NCBI GenBank assembly: GCA_902526595.1
Contig: CABZLO010000002.1
Coordinates: 19,937 to 83,936 of the forward strand
Source of the DNA: an uncultured Pelagibacteraceae bacterium
GTDB taxonomy: Bacteria; Pseudomonadota; Alphaproteobacteria; Pelagibacterales; Pelagibacteraceae
Direction of reading: 5' to 3'
DNA length: 64,000 nucleotides
Part shown: positions 46,322-56,462 of the stretch, in pieces
Layout of the letters: each line of letters begins with the position of its first letter
Numbering within the stretch: the stretch's first letter is position 1
Made by a program: the position numbers and the translations under genes
Notes under the pieces: model-generated
Databases searched by the model: none
What the model saw: only the letters and a program-made list of their open reading frames with translations
Told to the model about the DNA's origin: nothing

Positions 46322-47374
46322 TTAAGAAAGAGTTTTATTTCCTATAATTTCGCTAAAATTCTTAACGCCATCTCTAGTCAATAATTCTTGTAGGTCTTTT
46401 TTAATAATACTGGCTATATTTGGACCTTGAAACACCATTCCTGTATATAGTTGAATATAGTCTGCACCTAATAAAAACTTTTCGTAAGCTGATTGTCCAG
46501 AGTCTACTCCTCCTACCCCAATAATCTTAATTTTACCTTTTAATAGATTGTAAAACTTGTTTATTAATAAATTTGATTTTTTCTCAATAGGCTTTCCAGA
46601 CAATCCTCCTTTTTGATATCTTTGAATATTTTTTAAAATATCTCTCGATGAATCTGATGTGTTTGAAATAATTATTCCACTTATATCATTTTCTAAAAGA
46701 ATTTCAGAAATTAGATTTATCTGATTTTCATCTATATCAGGTGAAATTTTTACTACTATTGGAATATTCGAATCTAAACTTTTTTTCTTTTCTGAAACAG
46801 ATTTAAGTAAATCCTGTAATTTTCTTTCATCATGAAAATTTCTTAAGTTCTCAGTATTTGGTGAAGAGATATTAATAGTAATATAATCTGCAACTTCGTG
46901 GAATTTTTCAATTCCTATTAAATAATCATTTATTCGATTATCAGAATCTTTATTGGGACCAACGTTAATTCCTAACACTCCCAGTTTATTATTTGATTTA
47001 ATCCTATTTAATACCACATCTGAACCATGATTGTTAAAGCCCAATCTATTTATAAGTGCTTGGTCTTCTACTAATCTAAAAACTCTAGGTTTACTATTCC
47101 CATATTGTTTTAAAGGTGTAATTGTACCAACTTCTACCAATCCAAATCCCAACTTAAATAAAGGGTTGTAGACTTCAGCATTCTTATCAAAACCTGCCGC
47201 TATCCCGATGGGATTGTTTAATTCTTTGTTAAAAATCTTTGTCTTAAAAATAGGATCATTTTTATGGTCATCAAAGATATTGGAAACTAGGTTGAGTTTG
47301 AGTGACTGTATTGCTAAAAAGTGAGCTCGTTCAGGATCTATTTTAAATATTAAAGATCTTAAATTTGAAAACAT
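46322..47374 (-). CDS. pyrD: Quinone-dependent dihydroorotate dehydrogenase (class 2)
   Basis: AAGFDKN, NRLGFNN, NISSPNT, KISPD, GGLSG. Confidence 0.97.
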   Translation of the reverse strand: MFSNLRSLIFKIDPERAHFLAIQSLKLNLVSNIFDDHKNDPIFKTKIFNKELNNPIGIAAGFDKNAEVYNPLFKLGFGLVEVGTITPLKQYGNSKPRVFRLVEDQALINRLGFNNHGSDVVLNRIKSNNKLGVLGINVGPNKDSDNRINDYLIGIEKFHEVADYITINISSPNTENLRNFHDERKLQDLLKSVSEKKKSLDSNIPIVVKISPDIDENQINLISEILLENDISGIIISNTSDSSRDILKNIQRYQKGGLSGKPIEKKSNLLINKFYNLLKGKIKIIGVGGVDSGQSAYEKFLLGADYIQLYTGMVFQGPNIASIIKKDLQELLTRDGVKNFSEIIGNKTLS

Positions 47375-48936
47375 TATTTTAATTTATCCGTTATAAGCTC
47401 TTTAGTTTCGTTTACACCAAAAAAACTTATAAAAAAACCCATTCTTGGACCATTTTCATCACCAAAAACAACCTCATAAATTAACTTAAACCAGTCTCTT
47501 AGTTTATCAGCATATCCATTTTCTTTACCAGTTGAATAAATTAAAGTTTGGATTTCTTCAGGTGACATTCCATCATTACATGTTTCTAAAGTTTTAATTA
47601 AAGCTAGAAGAGCTTTTTTTTCACTTTCACTTGGTTTTTTATATTTTTTTTGTGACTTGATTACGTCATTAAAATACTTAATTGCATATCCAACTAATCC
47701 ATCAAAGATTGGAGATTTTTTTTCTTGGATATTTGGTTTATATTTTTTAACAAATTTCCAAAGTAAATCCTTGCTATCTGCATTACTTGTTTCAACCAAG
47801 TTAAGCAACATGGAAAAAGTCATAATCATTTCTTCAGTTGGGATTTTGCCTTCATGAACATGCCAGACTGGATTCATTATCAGTTGCTGATCTGTTTGTT
47901 TTTTAGATTTTTCAATATTATCTAAATATTCATCTACAGCCTTTGGAACAATTTCCTTATATAGTTTTTTTGCCCTTTTCGGGTTTTGATACATATATAA
48001 AGATAAACTTTCAGGAGATGCATACTTCAACCATTGATCAATAGTAATTCCATTTCCCTTCGATTTAGAAATCTTTTCACCTTTTTCATCTAAAAATAAC
48101 TCATATGCAAAGCTTGAGGGATTCTTTTTACCAAGTAAGTTGATAATTTTTGTAGATAATATTGCACTTTCAATTAAATCTTTACCATACATTTCAAAGT
48201 CAATATCAAGAGCATACCACCTCATTGCCCAGTCAACCTTCCATTGAAGTTTACAGTTTCCATCAAGAATACTTTTTTCAAGTTTTTTACCTTTGTTGTC
48301 GAAAATTATTTGAGATTTTTCTTTATTAATTTCTGCAACTGGTATTTCAAGTACATGACCAGTGTCAGAACATATAGGTAAAAATGGACAGTAAGTTTTT
48401 TGACGTTCTTTACCTAAGGTTGGGAGTATAATATTCATTATACCATCATAATTATCTAAAATTATTTTTAGTGTTGAGTTAAAGTATCCAGTTTTGTACA
48501 AATCCGTTGAACTTTTAAAGCTATATTTAAAGTTAAAACTATTTAAAAAATCCTTTAACATTTCATTATTATGTTCACCAAAACTGTTAAATTTCCCAAA
48601 TGGGTCTGGAACCTCAGTTAATGGTTTGTGAAGATTTTCGTTTAACAAATTTTGGTTAGGGATATTTTCTGGAACTTTTCTTAGACCATCCATATCATCT
48701 GAAAAAGTTATAATTTCAGTAGGAAAATCAGTTAATTGCTTTAAAGCATTTACCATCATAGAGGTTCTTACAACTTCTCCAAAAGTACCTATATGAGGTA
48801 ATCCGCTTGGACCGTATCCAGTTTGTAATGTTATTTTTCCTTTTTTTTCAATGAACAATTTTCTTTCTCTCAACATTTTTTTGGCTTCTACAAAAGGCCA
48901 TGCACTGGTTTTGTCTAAAACTTCTTTTTTAATCAT
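47374..48936 (-). CDS. lysS: Lysine--tRNA ligase, class I
   Basis: TGYGPSGLPHIGT, KLQWKVDW, KISKSKGNG, GPRMG. Confidence 0.96.
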   Translation of the reverse strand: MIKKEVLDKTSAWPFVEAKKMLRERKLFIEKKGKITLQTGYGPSGLPHIGTFGEVVRTSMMVNALKQLTDFPTEIITFSDDMDGLRKVPENIPNQNLLNENLHKPLTEVPDPFGKFNSFGEHNNEMLKDFLNSFNFKYSFKSSTDLYKTGYFNSTLKIILDNYDGIMNIILPTLGKERQKTYCPFLPICSDTGHVLEIPVAEINKEKSQIIFDNKGKKLEKSILDGNCKLQWKVDWAMRWYALDIDFEMYGKDLIESAILSTKIINLLGKKNPSSFAYELFLDEKGEKISKSKGNGITIDQWLKYASPESLSLYMYQNPKRAKKLYKEIVPKAVDEYLDNIEKSKKQTDQQLIMNPVWHVHEGKIPTEEMIMTFSMLLNLVETSNADSKDLLWKFVKKYKPNIQEKKSPIFDGLVGYAIKYFNDVIKSQKKYKKPSESEKKALLALIKTLETCNDGMSPEEIQTLIYSTGKENGYADKLRDWFKLIYEVVFGDENGPRMGFFISFFGVNETKELITDKLK

Positions 48937-49024
48937 GAATTGTTCTTCTAAAATCTCAAATTAGTGATTTTATTAATTCTTATAGAGTTGAAATTTATTT
49001 ACCATAAAATAATGTTCTTTCAAA

Positions 49025-50464
49025 ATGTCTAATTATAAAACGGTATTTTTTACACTTGGAATTTTGCAAATAATCTTAGGGATGTCTATGTTTGTCCCTA
49101 TAATTGTACAATTTATTTATGCAGAAATCGACTCATCTTTTTTTGGAGCGTCAATTGTAACAATAGTTTTTGGAGCACTTTTTTTTTTAACTAATATTGA
49201 TCATGATAGAAAAGTTAATCTACAACAAGCCTTTTTGTTAACAGCTTTATCTTGGTTGAGTGTTGCAGTTTTTGGATCTTTACCTTTCATTTTTTCTTCT
49301 ATGGAAATGTCAATTACAGATGCCTTTTTCGAGAGTATGTCAGGAATTACTACCACAGGCTCAACTATCATTTCTAATTTGGAAAATGCCCCTAAAGGTA
49401 TACTTTTATGGAGAGCTATTTTACAATGGTTAGGAGGTATAGGTATAATTGTAATGGCTATAACTCTTATGCCGATAATGAATGTTGGAGGAATGCAATT
49501 ATTTAAAATTTCCAGCAACGACTCATCAGAAAAAATACTTCCAAAGTCTAAAGAAATAGCATTAAGATTAATATATATTTACTCAGCTTTAACTGCAGTT
49601 TGTGCTGTTAGTTATTGGATTTTTGGAATGGGAAAATTTGACAGCTTAACTCATTCAATGACAACAATTGCAACAGGTGGGTTCTCAAACTATAACCAGT
49701 CTATAGGTTATTTTAATAGCGTTTATATTGAGATTTCCTCAATGGTGTTTATAATTTTAGGAAGTATTCCTTTTATTGCTTACATTAAATTTTTAAGTGG
49801 AAATAAAAAAATATTTTTAAATGATGTTCAAATAAAATCATTTTTAAAAATTATAATTTTATCAGTAATTATATTATGTTTTTATTTGTTTTTAACTAGT
49901 AATGAAAACTTTTCGTTTAGATCTGTATTTTTTAATTCTATTTCTATTTTAACTGGAACTGGTTATGTAAATGCTGAGTTTGATAACTGGGGAAGTTTTC
50001 CAATAACTATTTTTCTTGCATTAATGTTCATTGGAGGATGTGCAGGATCAACCACATGTGGAATTAAAATTTTTAGAATTCAAATTCTTTATCTTTTTAT
50101 ATTAAATCAACTTAAAAAAATTATTTATCCAAAAGGAGTTTTTTTAATAAAATATGATCAAAATTTGATAGATGAAAAATTTATTGCATCTATTATATCT
50201 TTCATATTCTTTTATTTTGTAATTTTTTTTATTTTAGCTGCTTTATTATCCTTAACTGGCCTTGATTTCATTACTGCAATATCTGGAGCCGCGACATCTA
50301 TCTCAAATGTTGGCCCAGGTTTAGGGCCTATAATTGGACCCAATGGAGATTTTTCATCATTGCCAGATATATCAAAATGGGTTTTGTCTCTTGGGATGAT
50401 TTTAGGTAGACTTGAGTTATTCGCAATACTAGTATTATTTCTACCATCGTTTTGGAAAAACTAA
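49025..50464 (+). CDS. trkH: TrkH-family potassium uptake protein
   Basis: FESMSGITTTGS, ATGGFS, GGCAGST, SNVGPG, GRLE. Confidence 0.96.
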   Translation: MSNYKTVFFTLGILQIILGMSMFVPIIVQFIYAEIDSSFFGASIVTIVFGALFFLTNIDHDRKVNLQQAFLLTALSWLSVAVFGSLPFIFSSMEMSITDAFFESMSGITTTGSTIISNLENAPKGILLWRAILQWLGGIGIIVMAITLMPIMNVGGMQLFKISSNDSSEKILPKSKEIALRLIYIYSALTAVCAVSYWIFGMGKFDSLTHSMTTIATGGFSNYNQSIGYFNSVYIEISSMVFIILGSIPFIAYIKFLSGNKKIFLNDVQIKSFLKIIILSVIILCFYLFLTSNENFSFRSVFFNSISILTGTGYVNAEFDNWGSFPITIFLALMFIGGCAGSTTCGIKIFRIQILYLFILNQLKKIIYPKGVFLIKYDQNLIDEKFIASIISFIFFYFVIFFILAALLSLTGLDFITAISGAATSISNVGPGLGPIIGPNGDFSSLPDISKWVLSLGMILGRLELFAILVLFLPSFWKN

Positions 50465-51843
50465 ATGCTTGAGGTAAAAAAACAAACACTATCTGAAACT
50501 TTTTCTGTTTATTACGACAAAAGAATGCTCAGAATTCTTTTGTTAGGAGCCATCTCAGGTTTTCCTTGGGTCTTGATTGCAAGCAGTTTAAGTCTTTGGT
50601 TAAAAGAAGAGGGTCTAAGCAGATCTACAATTGGTTGGGCAGGATTAATCTTCGGTGTATACGCCTTTAACTACTTGTGGGCTCCAATTATCGATAGAGT
50701 CCAAATACCTTACTTAACAAAAAAGTTAGGTCATAGACGGGGATGGATAGTCTTAATGCAAATCATAATTTTACTATGCCTAGTAATTTGGAGCGCAATA
50801 AATCCATCAGATAATTTAGCTCTATTGATAAGTGTAGGATTAATTATAGCTATAGCCTCAGCTACACAAGACATAACTGTAGATGCATTAAGAATTGAAC
50901 AAATAAGTGAAAATGAAGGAAAATCAATGGCGGCAGGTGCAGCAATGGCTGTTGTAGGTTGGTGGACAGGTTATAAATTGGGAGGTGTTGTTGCATTGTT
51001 TACAGCTGAATTTTTTGAAAACTTAGGCGTATCTAACTATTGGCAAACTACTTTTTTAATTTTGGGAATTTTAATTATTTTAATGAACATAGGTTTAATG
51101 TTTGTTCATGAACCTATTCAAACAGATAGACAGGCTAAACAGAAAGAAACAGACCAACTAATTGAAAAAAAACTTGGATCGAGTAATTTTGTAACAAACT
51201 TTATTGCCTATGTCACAGGAACTATTGGAGGACCCATTATTAGTTTTTTTAAAAAAAATGGCTTTGCTATCGCAGCAGGACTATTAGCATTTGTTTTTTT
51301 TATTTAAAATTGGTGAAGCTTTTATGGGAAGGATGTCCATTGTTTTTTATAAAGAAATCGGATTTTCAAAAGGACAAATTGCAATTTACTCAAAAGGACT
51401 TGGTTGGATTACTACTGTAATATTTACACTATTAGGTGGTTTAATGGCTATGAGAGCTGGAACGATAAAAACAATGTTTTTTTGCAGGAGGGCTAATGGC
51501 TATAACAAATCTTTTATTTGCAGTTTTGGCTTGGACAGGAAAATCTGAAATTTTATTTGCAATCGCTGTAATTGCTGACGATATTACTGCAGCATTTGCT
51601 ACAGTGGCTTTTGTTGCATTTATTTCTTTATTGGTAGATAGAACCTACACAGCAACTCAATATGCATTACTTGCTTCAATAGGTACTGCTGGAAGAACTA
51701 CTTTAGCATCATCTTCAGGTGCACTAGTAGATTGGCTAAATGGAGATTGGGGAACATTCTTCGTTTTAACTACAATTATGGTCATCCCTTCTTTGTTATG
51801 TTTATGGCTTATAAAAAATAAAATCAAAATTGGTGAAAAATAA
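50465..51843 (+). pseudogene. ampG: AmpG muropeptide MFS permease split into three ORFs by two +1 frameshifts (pseudogene or homopolymer sequencing error)
   Basis: SGFP, LWAPIIDR, RRGW, SATQDI.VDA and TATQYALL lie across frames. There is one extra T in T8 (51294-51301) and one in T7 (51477-51483); removing both gives a single 458-aa ORF. Confidence 0.85.
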
Positions 51844-52576
51844 TTTTTACTTTAAAGGGAATTTTTCAAATATTTACAGAGAACCTAGCACGTCCTCTGA
51901 GGTAACTTCTCAAATAATATACGGTGAAAAATTTAAAATTTTTTCTAAAAATAAAAATTGGATAAAGATTAAATCTACATATGACAATTATGTTGGATAT
52001 ATTAAAAATAAACAATATATCAAAAATTATAATCCAAAATATAAAGTAAATACATTGAAAGCAAAAATTTATATAAAACCTAATTCTGTCTCAAACAGCT
52101 ACCTCCCCCTAGGATCTAAATTAAGTGTAGAAAGAGAAAATAAGTTTTATATAAAAATTGACAAGAATAAGTGGATTAAAAAAAAAGATATTAAAGAAAT
52201 TAATCACAAAGAAAAAAATTTTGTAAAATTTTTTACAAAATTTCTTAAGGTAAATTATAAATGGGGTGGTAAGACTTATAAAGGTATTGATTGTTCAGCT
52301 TTATTACAAATTTTTTTTTATTATAATAACTTATTTTATCCAAGAGATACTAAAGATCAAATAAAATATTCGGTGAAAAAAATATCAAAAAAATTTAAAA
52401 GGGGAGATATTATATTTTGGAAAGGTCATGTTGCTATTTGTGTAAACTCTAAACAATTGATTCACGCTTATGGTCCAAAAAAAAAAGTACTTATCATGCC
52501 AATAAAGGAAACAATTAAAAGAATACTTGATACAGCAAGTCTTGAAGTGAGAAAAATCTCTAAAATAAAATTTTAA
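51830..52576 (+). CDS. NlpC/P60 (C40) peptidase with N-terminal SH3-like domain
   Basis: YKWGG, GIDCSAL (Cys), GHVA (His), IHAY; N-terminal SQIIYGE...W.KI...D.Y.GY. Confidence 0.9.
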   Translation: MVKNNFYFKGNFSNIYREPSTSSEVTSQIIYGEKFKIFSKNKNWIKIKSTYDNYVGYIKNKQYIKNYNPKYKVNTLKAKIYIKPNSVSNSYLPLGSKLSVERENKFYIKIDKNKWIKKKDIKEINHKEKNFVKFFTKFLKVNYKWGGKTYKGIDCSALLQIFFYYNNLFYPRDTKDQIKYSVKKISKKFKRGDIIFWKGHVAICVNSKQLIHAYGPKKKVLIMPIKETIKRILDTASLEVRKISKIKF

Positions 52577-53469
52577 CTTCTACCAAAGTCAGGTTTGTTT
52601 ATATCTTGTTTTAACTTAATAATTTTAGAACGAACTCTTTTAGTTTGAATTAATTTTTTTAATATTGATTTATTGTTTTTTAAATTTATATCTTTTTTAA
52701 AGGATATTAGATTTTTGATAAATAAATCAATAGCTTTTGAAATATTATTACTATTGTTAAAAAAAATATCTCTCCACATAATTTCATTTGAAGCTGCTAT
52801 ACGTGAAAAGTCTCTAAGTCCTCCAGCACTAAACTTGATCAAATCGTAATTTTGTTTTTTTTCAAAATCTTGTGCTGATTTTACCAAATTATAGGCAATT
52901 AAATGGGGTAGATGACTTGTTATGGAAAAAATTCTATCATGTTTTTCAGGTGTCATAACGATAACTTTTGAACCCATTTTTTTCCAAAAATTATTTAAAA
53001 TGTTCAAATATTTTTTTTTTGTATTTTTTTCTTTTATTAAAATACACCATCGATCTTTAAACATATTTTCCTTACCATGCTCTGGGCCACTAACTTCAGA
53101 GCCTGCAATAGGATGACTTTGAGTCCAAGATATATTTTTTTTCAAAAATTTTTTTATAAGCCTCGAGGTCTCTACTTTAGATGATCCGATGTCTGTAATT
53201 AATGTTTTGGGAGTAATAAAATTATTTATCTTTAGGATTAGATTTTTGTATTCACTCATTGGAGTGCAAAAAATAATTATATCATAATTAATTGCTCCTT
53301 TGTCTAGATTGTCAATAACAATACCTGGAAGCCTTAATTTCTTAATTTTTGAAACATTTGATTTTGATTTTTCATAAATGAATATTTTTTTAACAATTTT
53401 TTTTTTGTGAATTCTTCTCAATAAAGAGGATCCTAATAAACCACATCCAATAATTAAAATATTATTCAT
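52573..53469 (-). CDS. tyrC: Prephenate/arogenate (cyclohexadienyl) dehydrogenase
   Basis: IIGCGLLGSS, DIGSSK, HPIAGSE.SG, HD...TSHLPH, RDFSRIA. Confidence 0.92.
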   Translation of the reverse strand: MNNILIIGCGLLGSSLLRRIHKKKIVKKIFIYEKSKSNVSKIKKLRLPGIVIDNLDKGAINYDIIIFCTPMSEYKNLILKINNFITPKTLITDIGSSKVETSRLIKKFLKKNISWTQSHPIAGSEVSGPEHGKENMFKDRWCILIKEKNTKKKYLNILNNFWKKMGSKVIVMTPEKHDRIFSITSHLPHLIAYNLVKSAQDFEKKQNYDLIKFSAGGLRDFSRIAASNEIMWRDIFFNNSNNISKAIDLFIKNLISFKKDINLKNNKSILKKLIQTKRVRSKIIKLKQDINKPDFGRS

Positions 53470-54552
53470 TTAATTTAATATTCTTTTTACAGTATTGATA
53501 AATTTTAAATTTTCTTCCTTAGACCCTATGGTTAATCTTAATTTATTTTTAATACCATAGCCATCCTCTGTTGATCTTAAGATGACACCTTTTTGTTTCA
53601 ATTTTTCATATAAATATTTTGCTGAAATTTTACAATTATCAAAATTTAAAAATAGAAAATTTGCTGAAATTTTATTTGAAGAAATATTGTAAACCTCAAG
53701 AAATTTTTTTAACTTTTTAGCATAAAGTAAATTGTGCTTAACAGATCTACTCATAAATTTTGTATCTCTTAACGAAGCAATAGCTGCAAGTTGTGCTACA
53801 CCATTTACATTGAAAGGTGGTTTAATCACATTTAAAGCATCAATTATTTTTTTTGATCCATATCCCCAACCTACTCTTAAGGAAGCTAATCCAAACATTT
53901 TTGAAAATGTTCTTAATATAAAAACATTATCTTTATTTCTAAATAAATCTAAACCTGAAGTATAATCATTATTTTTCATATATTCTGAGTACGCATCATC
54001 AACCACAAGTAAAATATTTTTGTTCATTTTATTCCTTAGTTCTAATATTTCTTTTTTAGTCAAATAAGTTGCAGTTGGATTATTCGGGTTAGCAATAAAT
54101 ACTATTTTAGTTTTTCTCGTGATTTTTTTTAAAACCTCTCTTATTGACACTTTAAAATTTACCTCTTTTGCAAATAAAACTTTGGCACCAACAATTTTTG
54201 AATAAATCCTATACATCAAAAAACTATATTCTGGAACTATTACCTCATCTTTTGGATTCAAATATAATTGACACAACATTTGAATTACCTCATCAGAACC
54301 TGCACCACAAATAATTTTATTTAAATCACACTTATATTTTTTAGAAATTGCTTTTTTCAGATCTTGTGACTTTCCATCAGGATATTTATCCAAAATCATT
54401 TTTTTATTTGATATCAATTTCTTTGCCATTGGGCTGATCCCAAGAGCAGATTCGTTAGCTGAAAGTTTTATTACTTTTTTAAGCTTTTTAACCTTTGACT
54501 TGCCAGGTTTATAAGCTTCAATCTTAAATTTTTTAAATTTTGGAGTAACCAT
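53470..54552 (-). CDS. hisC: Histidinol-phosphate aminotransferase
   Basis: KLSANE, YPD, GSDE, NPNNPT, RTFSKMFGLASLRVGW. Confidence 0.93.
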   Translation of the reverse strand: MVTPKFKKFKIEAYKPGKSKVKKLKKVIKLSANESALGISPMAKKLISNKKMILDKYPDGKSQDLKKAISKKYKCDLNKIICGAGSDEVIQMLCQLYLNPKDEVIVPEYSFLMYRIYSKIVGAKVLFAKEVNFKVSIREVLKKITRKTKIVFIANPNNPTATYLTKKEILELRNKMNKNILLVVDDAYSEYMKNNDYTSGLDLFRNKDNVFILRTFSKMFGLASLRVGWGYGSKKIIDALNVIKPPFNVNGVAQLAAIASLRDTKFMSRSVKHNLLYAKKLKKFLEVYNISSNKISANFLFLNFDNCKISAKYLYEKLKQKGVILRSTEDGYGIKNKLRLTIGSKEENLKFINTVKRILN

Positions 54553-54625
54553 TTTTTTAATTTTATGAGCTCTTTATAGATAAAATTACAAATTTTTATA
54601 GTGAATAAGACAATTTTTAAAAAAA

Positions 54626-54654
54626 TTGACATAATAAATAAGTTCTAGTACAAA
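54626..54654 (+). promoter_or_regulatory. Sigma70 promoter for the riboswitch-metX transcript
   Basis: TTGACA-N17-TACAAA, placing the start site near 54660, right at the aptamer. Confidence 0.6.
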
Positions 54655-54658
54655 AATT

Positions 54659-54712
54659 ATGCGCTGATTTAACTGAATTGCGAGCGCTTAAAAAAAACCG
54701 CTAAAATAGTTT
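54659..54712 (+). ncRNA. SAM-II riboswitch upstream of metX
   Basis: GCGCUGAUUUAACUGAAUUGCGAGCGC...GCUAAA matches SAM-II hallmarks: GCGCU/AGCGC P1, GAUUU loop, 3' GCUAAA; metX context. Confidence 0.85.
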
Positions 54713-54743
54713 TTTTTCTCACAATTCAAATATTAGCTTTGTT

Positions 54744-55862
54744 ATGAATGCTGAGAATAATATTAAAACCTTGATAGTAAAAAAACCATTAAAGTTAGAT
54801 TGTGGAAAAACTATTAATGAATTCCCAATTGCATATGAAACTTATGGTACATTAAATAAAAATAAAGATAATGCTATTTTGGTTTTTCATGCATTAACAG
54901 GAGATCAATTTGTCACTGGCCAAAATCCAATAACAAAGAAAGATGGTTGGTGGTCTTATGCAGTTGGTCCTGATAAGGCAATTGATACCAAAAAATATTT
55001 TGTAATTTGTGCAAATGTAATGGGTGGATGTATGGGCTCATTTGGGCCAAGCCATGAAGACCCTAGTACTGGGACTGCTTTTGGTACAAATTTTCCAGTT
55101 ATAACTATAAACGATATGGTAAATGCGCAATATAATTTGCTTGACCATTTTGGTATAGACAAACTTTTTTCAATCGCAGGTGGCTCAATGGGCGGTATGC
55201 AAGTACTACAGTTTATAAGTAATTTTCCTGATAAAGCTAAAACTGTTATCCCGATTGCTTGTACGTCTAGTCACTCAGCGCAAAATATTGCATTTAATGA
55301 ATTAGGAAGACAGGCTATAGCGGCTGATAGTAATTGGAAAGGTGGGGATTATTCTTATGAAGATACAATCCCAAATAAAGGTTTGGCTGTTGCAAGAATG
55401 GCTGCACATATAACTTATCTTTCAAAAAAAGGTCTCCAAGAAAAATTTGGAAGAAAACTTCAAGAACGAGAAGATTTGAAATTCGGTTTTGATGCAGATT
55501 TTCAGATAGAAAGTTATTTAAGATATCAAGGTTCTGTATTTGTCGACAGATTCGATGCGAATAGCTATCTTTATATTACAAGAGCAATGGATTATTTTGA
55601 CTTAGCAAAACAATACAAGGGTAATTTATCTGATGCTTTTAGAGCTACAAGAGCAAAGTTTTTTGTAATATCATTTACATCTGACTGGCTTTATCCAACT
55701 CAAGAAAACAAAGACATTGTAATTGCCTTAAATTCTATTGGTGCAGATGTAGGTTTTGTTGAGATAGAGTCTGACAAAGGTCACGACTCCTTTTTATTAG
55801 ATGTACCAGACTTTTTAAGTGCGCTTAAAAACTTTTTAGATAAATCTTATACAGAAAATTAA
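54744..55862 (+). CDS. metX: Homoserine O-acetyltransferase
   Basis: HALTGD, GGSMGG, RFDANSY, SDWLYP, GHDSFLL. Confidence 0.96.
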   Translation: MNAENNIKTLIVKKPLKLDCGKTINEFPIAYETYGTLNKNKDNAILVFHALTGDQFVTGQNPITKKDGWWSYAVGPDKAIDTKKYFVICANVMGGCMGSFGPSHEDPSTGTAFGTNFPVITINDMVNAQYNLLDHFGIDKLFSIAGGSMGGMQVLQFISNFPDKAKTVIPIACTSSHSAQNIAFNELGRQAIAADSNWKGGDYSYEDTIPNKGLAVARMAAHITYLSKKGLQEKFGRKLQEREDLKFGFDADFQIESYLRYQGSVFVDRFDANSYLYITRAMDYFDLAKQYKGNLSDAFRATRAKFFVISFTSDWLYPTQENKDIVIALNSIGADVGFVEIESDKGHDSFLLDVPDFLSALKNFLDKSYTEN

Positions 55863-55864
55863 TT

Positions 55865-56461
55865 ATGAAAAATGAGTTTCAAGTAATATCTGAATTAATT
55901 GAAAAAGATAAAAAAGTGTTAGATGTAGGTTGTGGAGATGGAATTTTAATGCAGTTTTTAAAAAATAATAAAAATACTAATATTAGAGGACTGGAGATTT
56001 CAAAAAGTAAAGTACAAGAGTGTATTGCAAAAGGATTGACTGTCATTGAAGGAAATGCAGAAAAAGATCTAAAACAATTTCCAGACAAATCTTTCGAATA
56101 TGTTGTTCTCAGTCAAACTCTTCAAGCTTTCTTAAATCCCGAGCTAGTTATGAACGAACTTTTAAGAGTTGGAAAAAAAGCAATTGTAACTATTCCAAAC
56201 TTTGGTTATTGGAGAGTCAGACTTCATTTGCTCATAAAAGGGACAATGCCAATTACTAAGACATTACCAGATGAGTGGTACAATACTCCCAATATTCATA
56301 TGTGTTCAATAAAGGATTTTTTTTACTTTGCAAAATCAAGAAACATCAAAATCTTTAAATCATTGGCTATAAACAATCAGAATGTTTCAATAATAAATGA
56401 TAGCAATTTAACAATTAAAAATTTCTTTGCAGATCTAGGAATATTTTTATTAGAGAAATAA
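55865..56461 (+). CDS. metW: Methionine biosynthesis protein MetW
   Basis: VLDVGCGDG, LSQTLQ, PNFGYW, WYNTPNIH; follows metX. Confidence 0.95.
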   Translation: MKNEFQVISELIEKDKKVLDVGCGDGILMQFLKNNKNTNIRGLEISKSKVQECIAKGLTVIEGNAEKDLKQFPDKSFEYVVLSQTLQAFLNPELVMNELLRVGKKAIVTIPNFGYWRVRLHLLIKGTMPITKTLPDEWYNTPNIHMCSIKDFFYFAKSRNIKIFKSLAINNQNVSIINDSNLTIKNFFADLGIFLLEK

Positions 56462-56462
56462 A

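Noticed and set aside
47374-48936. Class I (archaeal-type) lysyl-tRNA synthetase as a sign of horizontal transfer
   Set aside because: Class I LysRS is normal in many Alphaproteobacteria.
51291-51843. ORFs 51291-51548 and 51496-51843 as independent small membrane proteins
   Set aside because: They are consecutive fragments of ampG produced by the two frameshifts.
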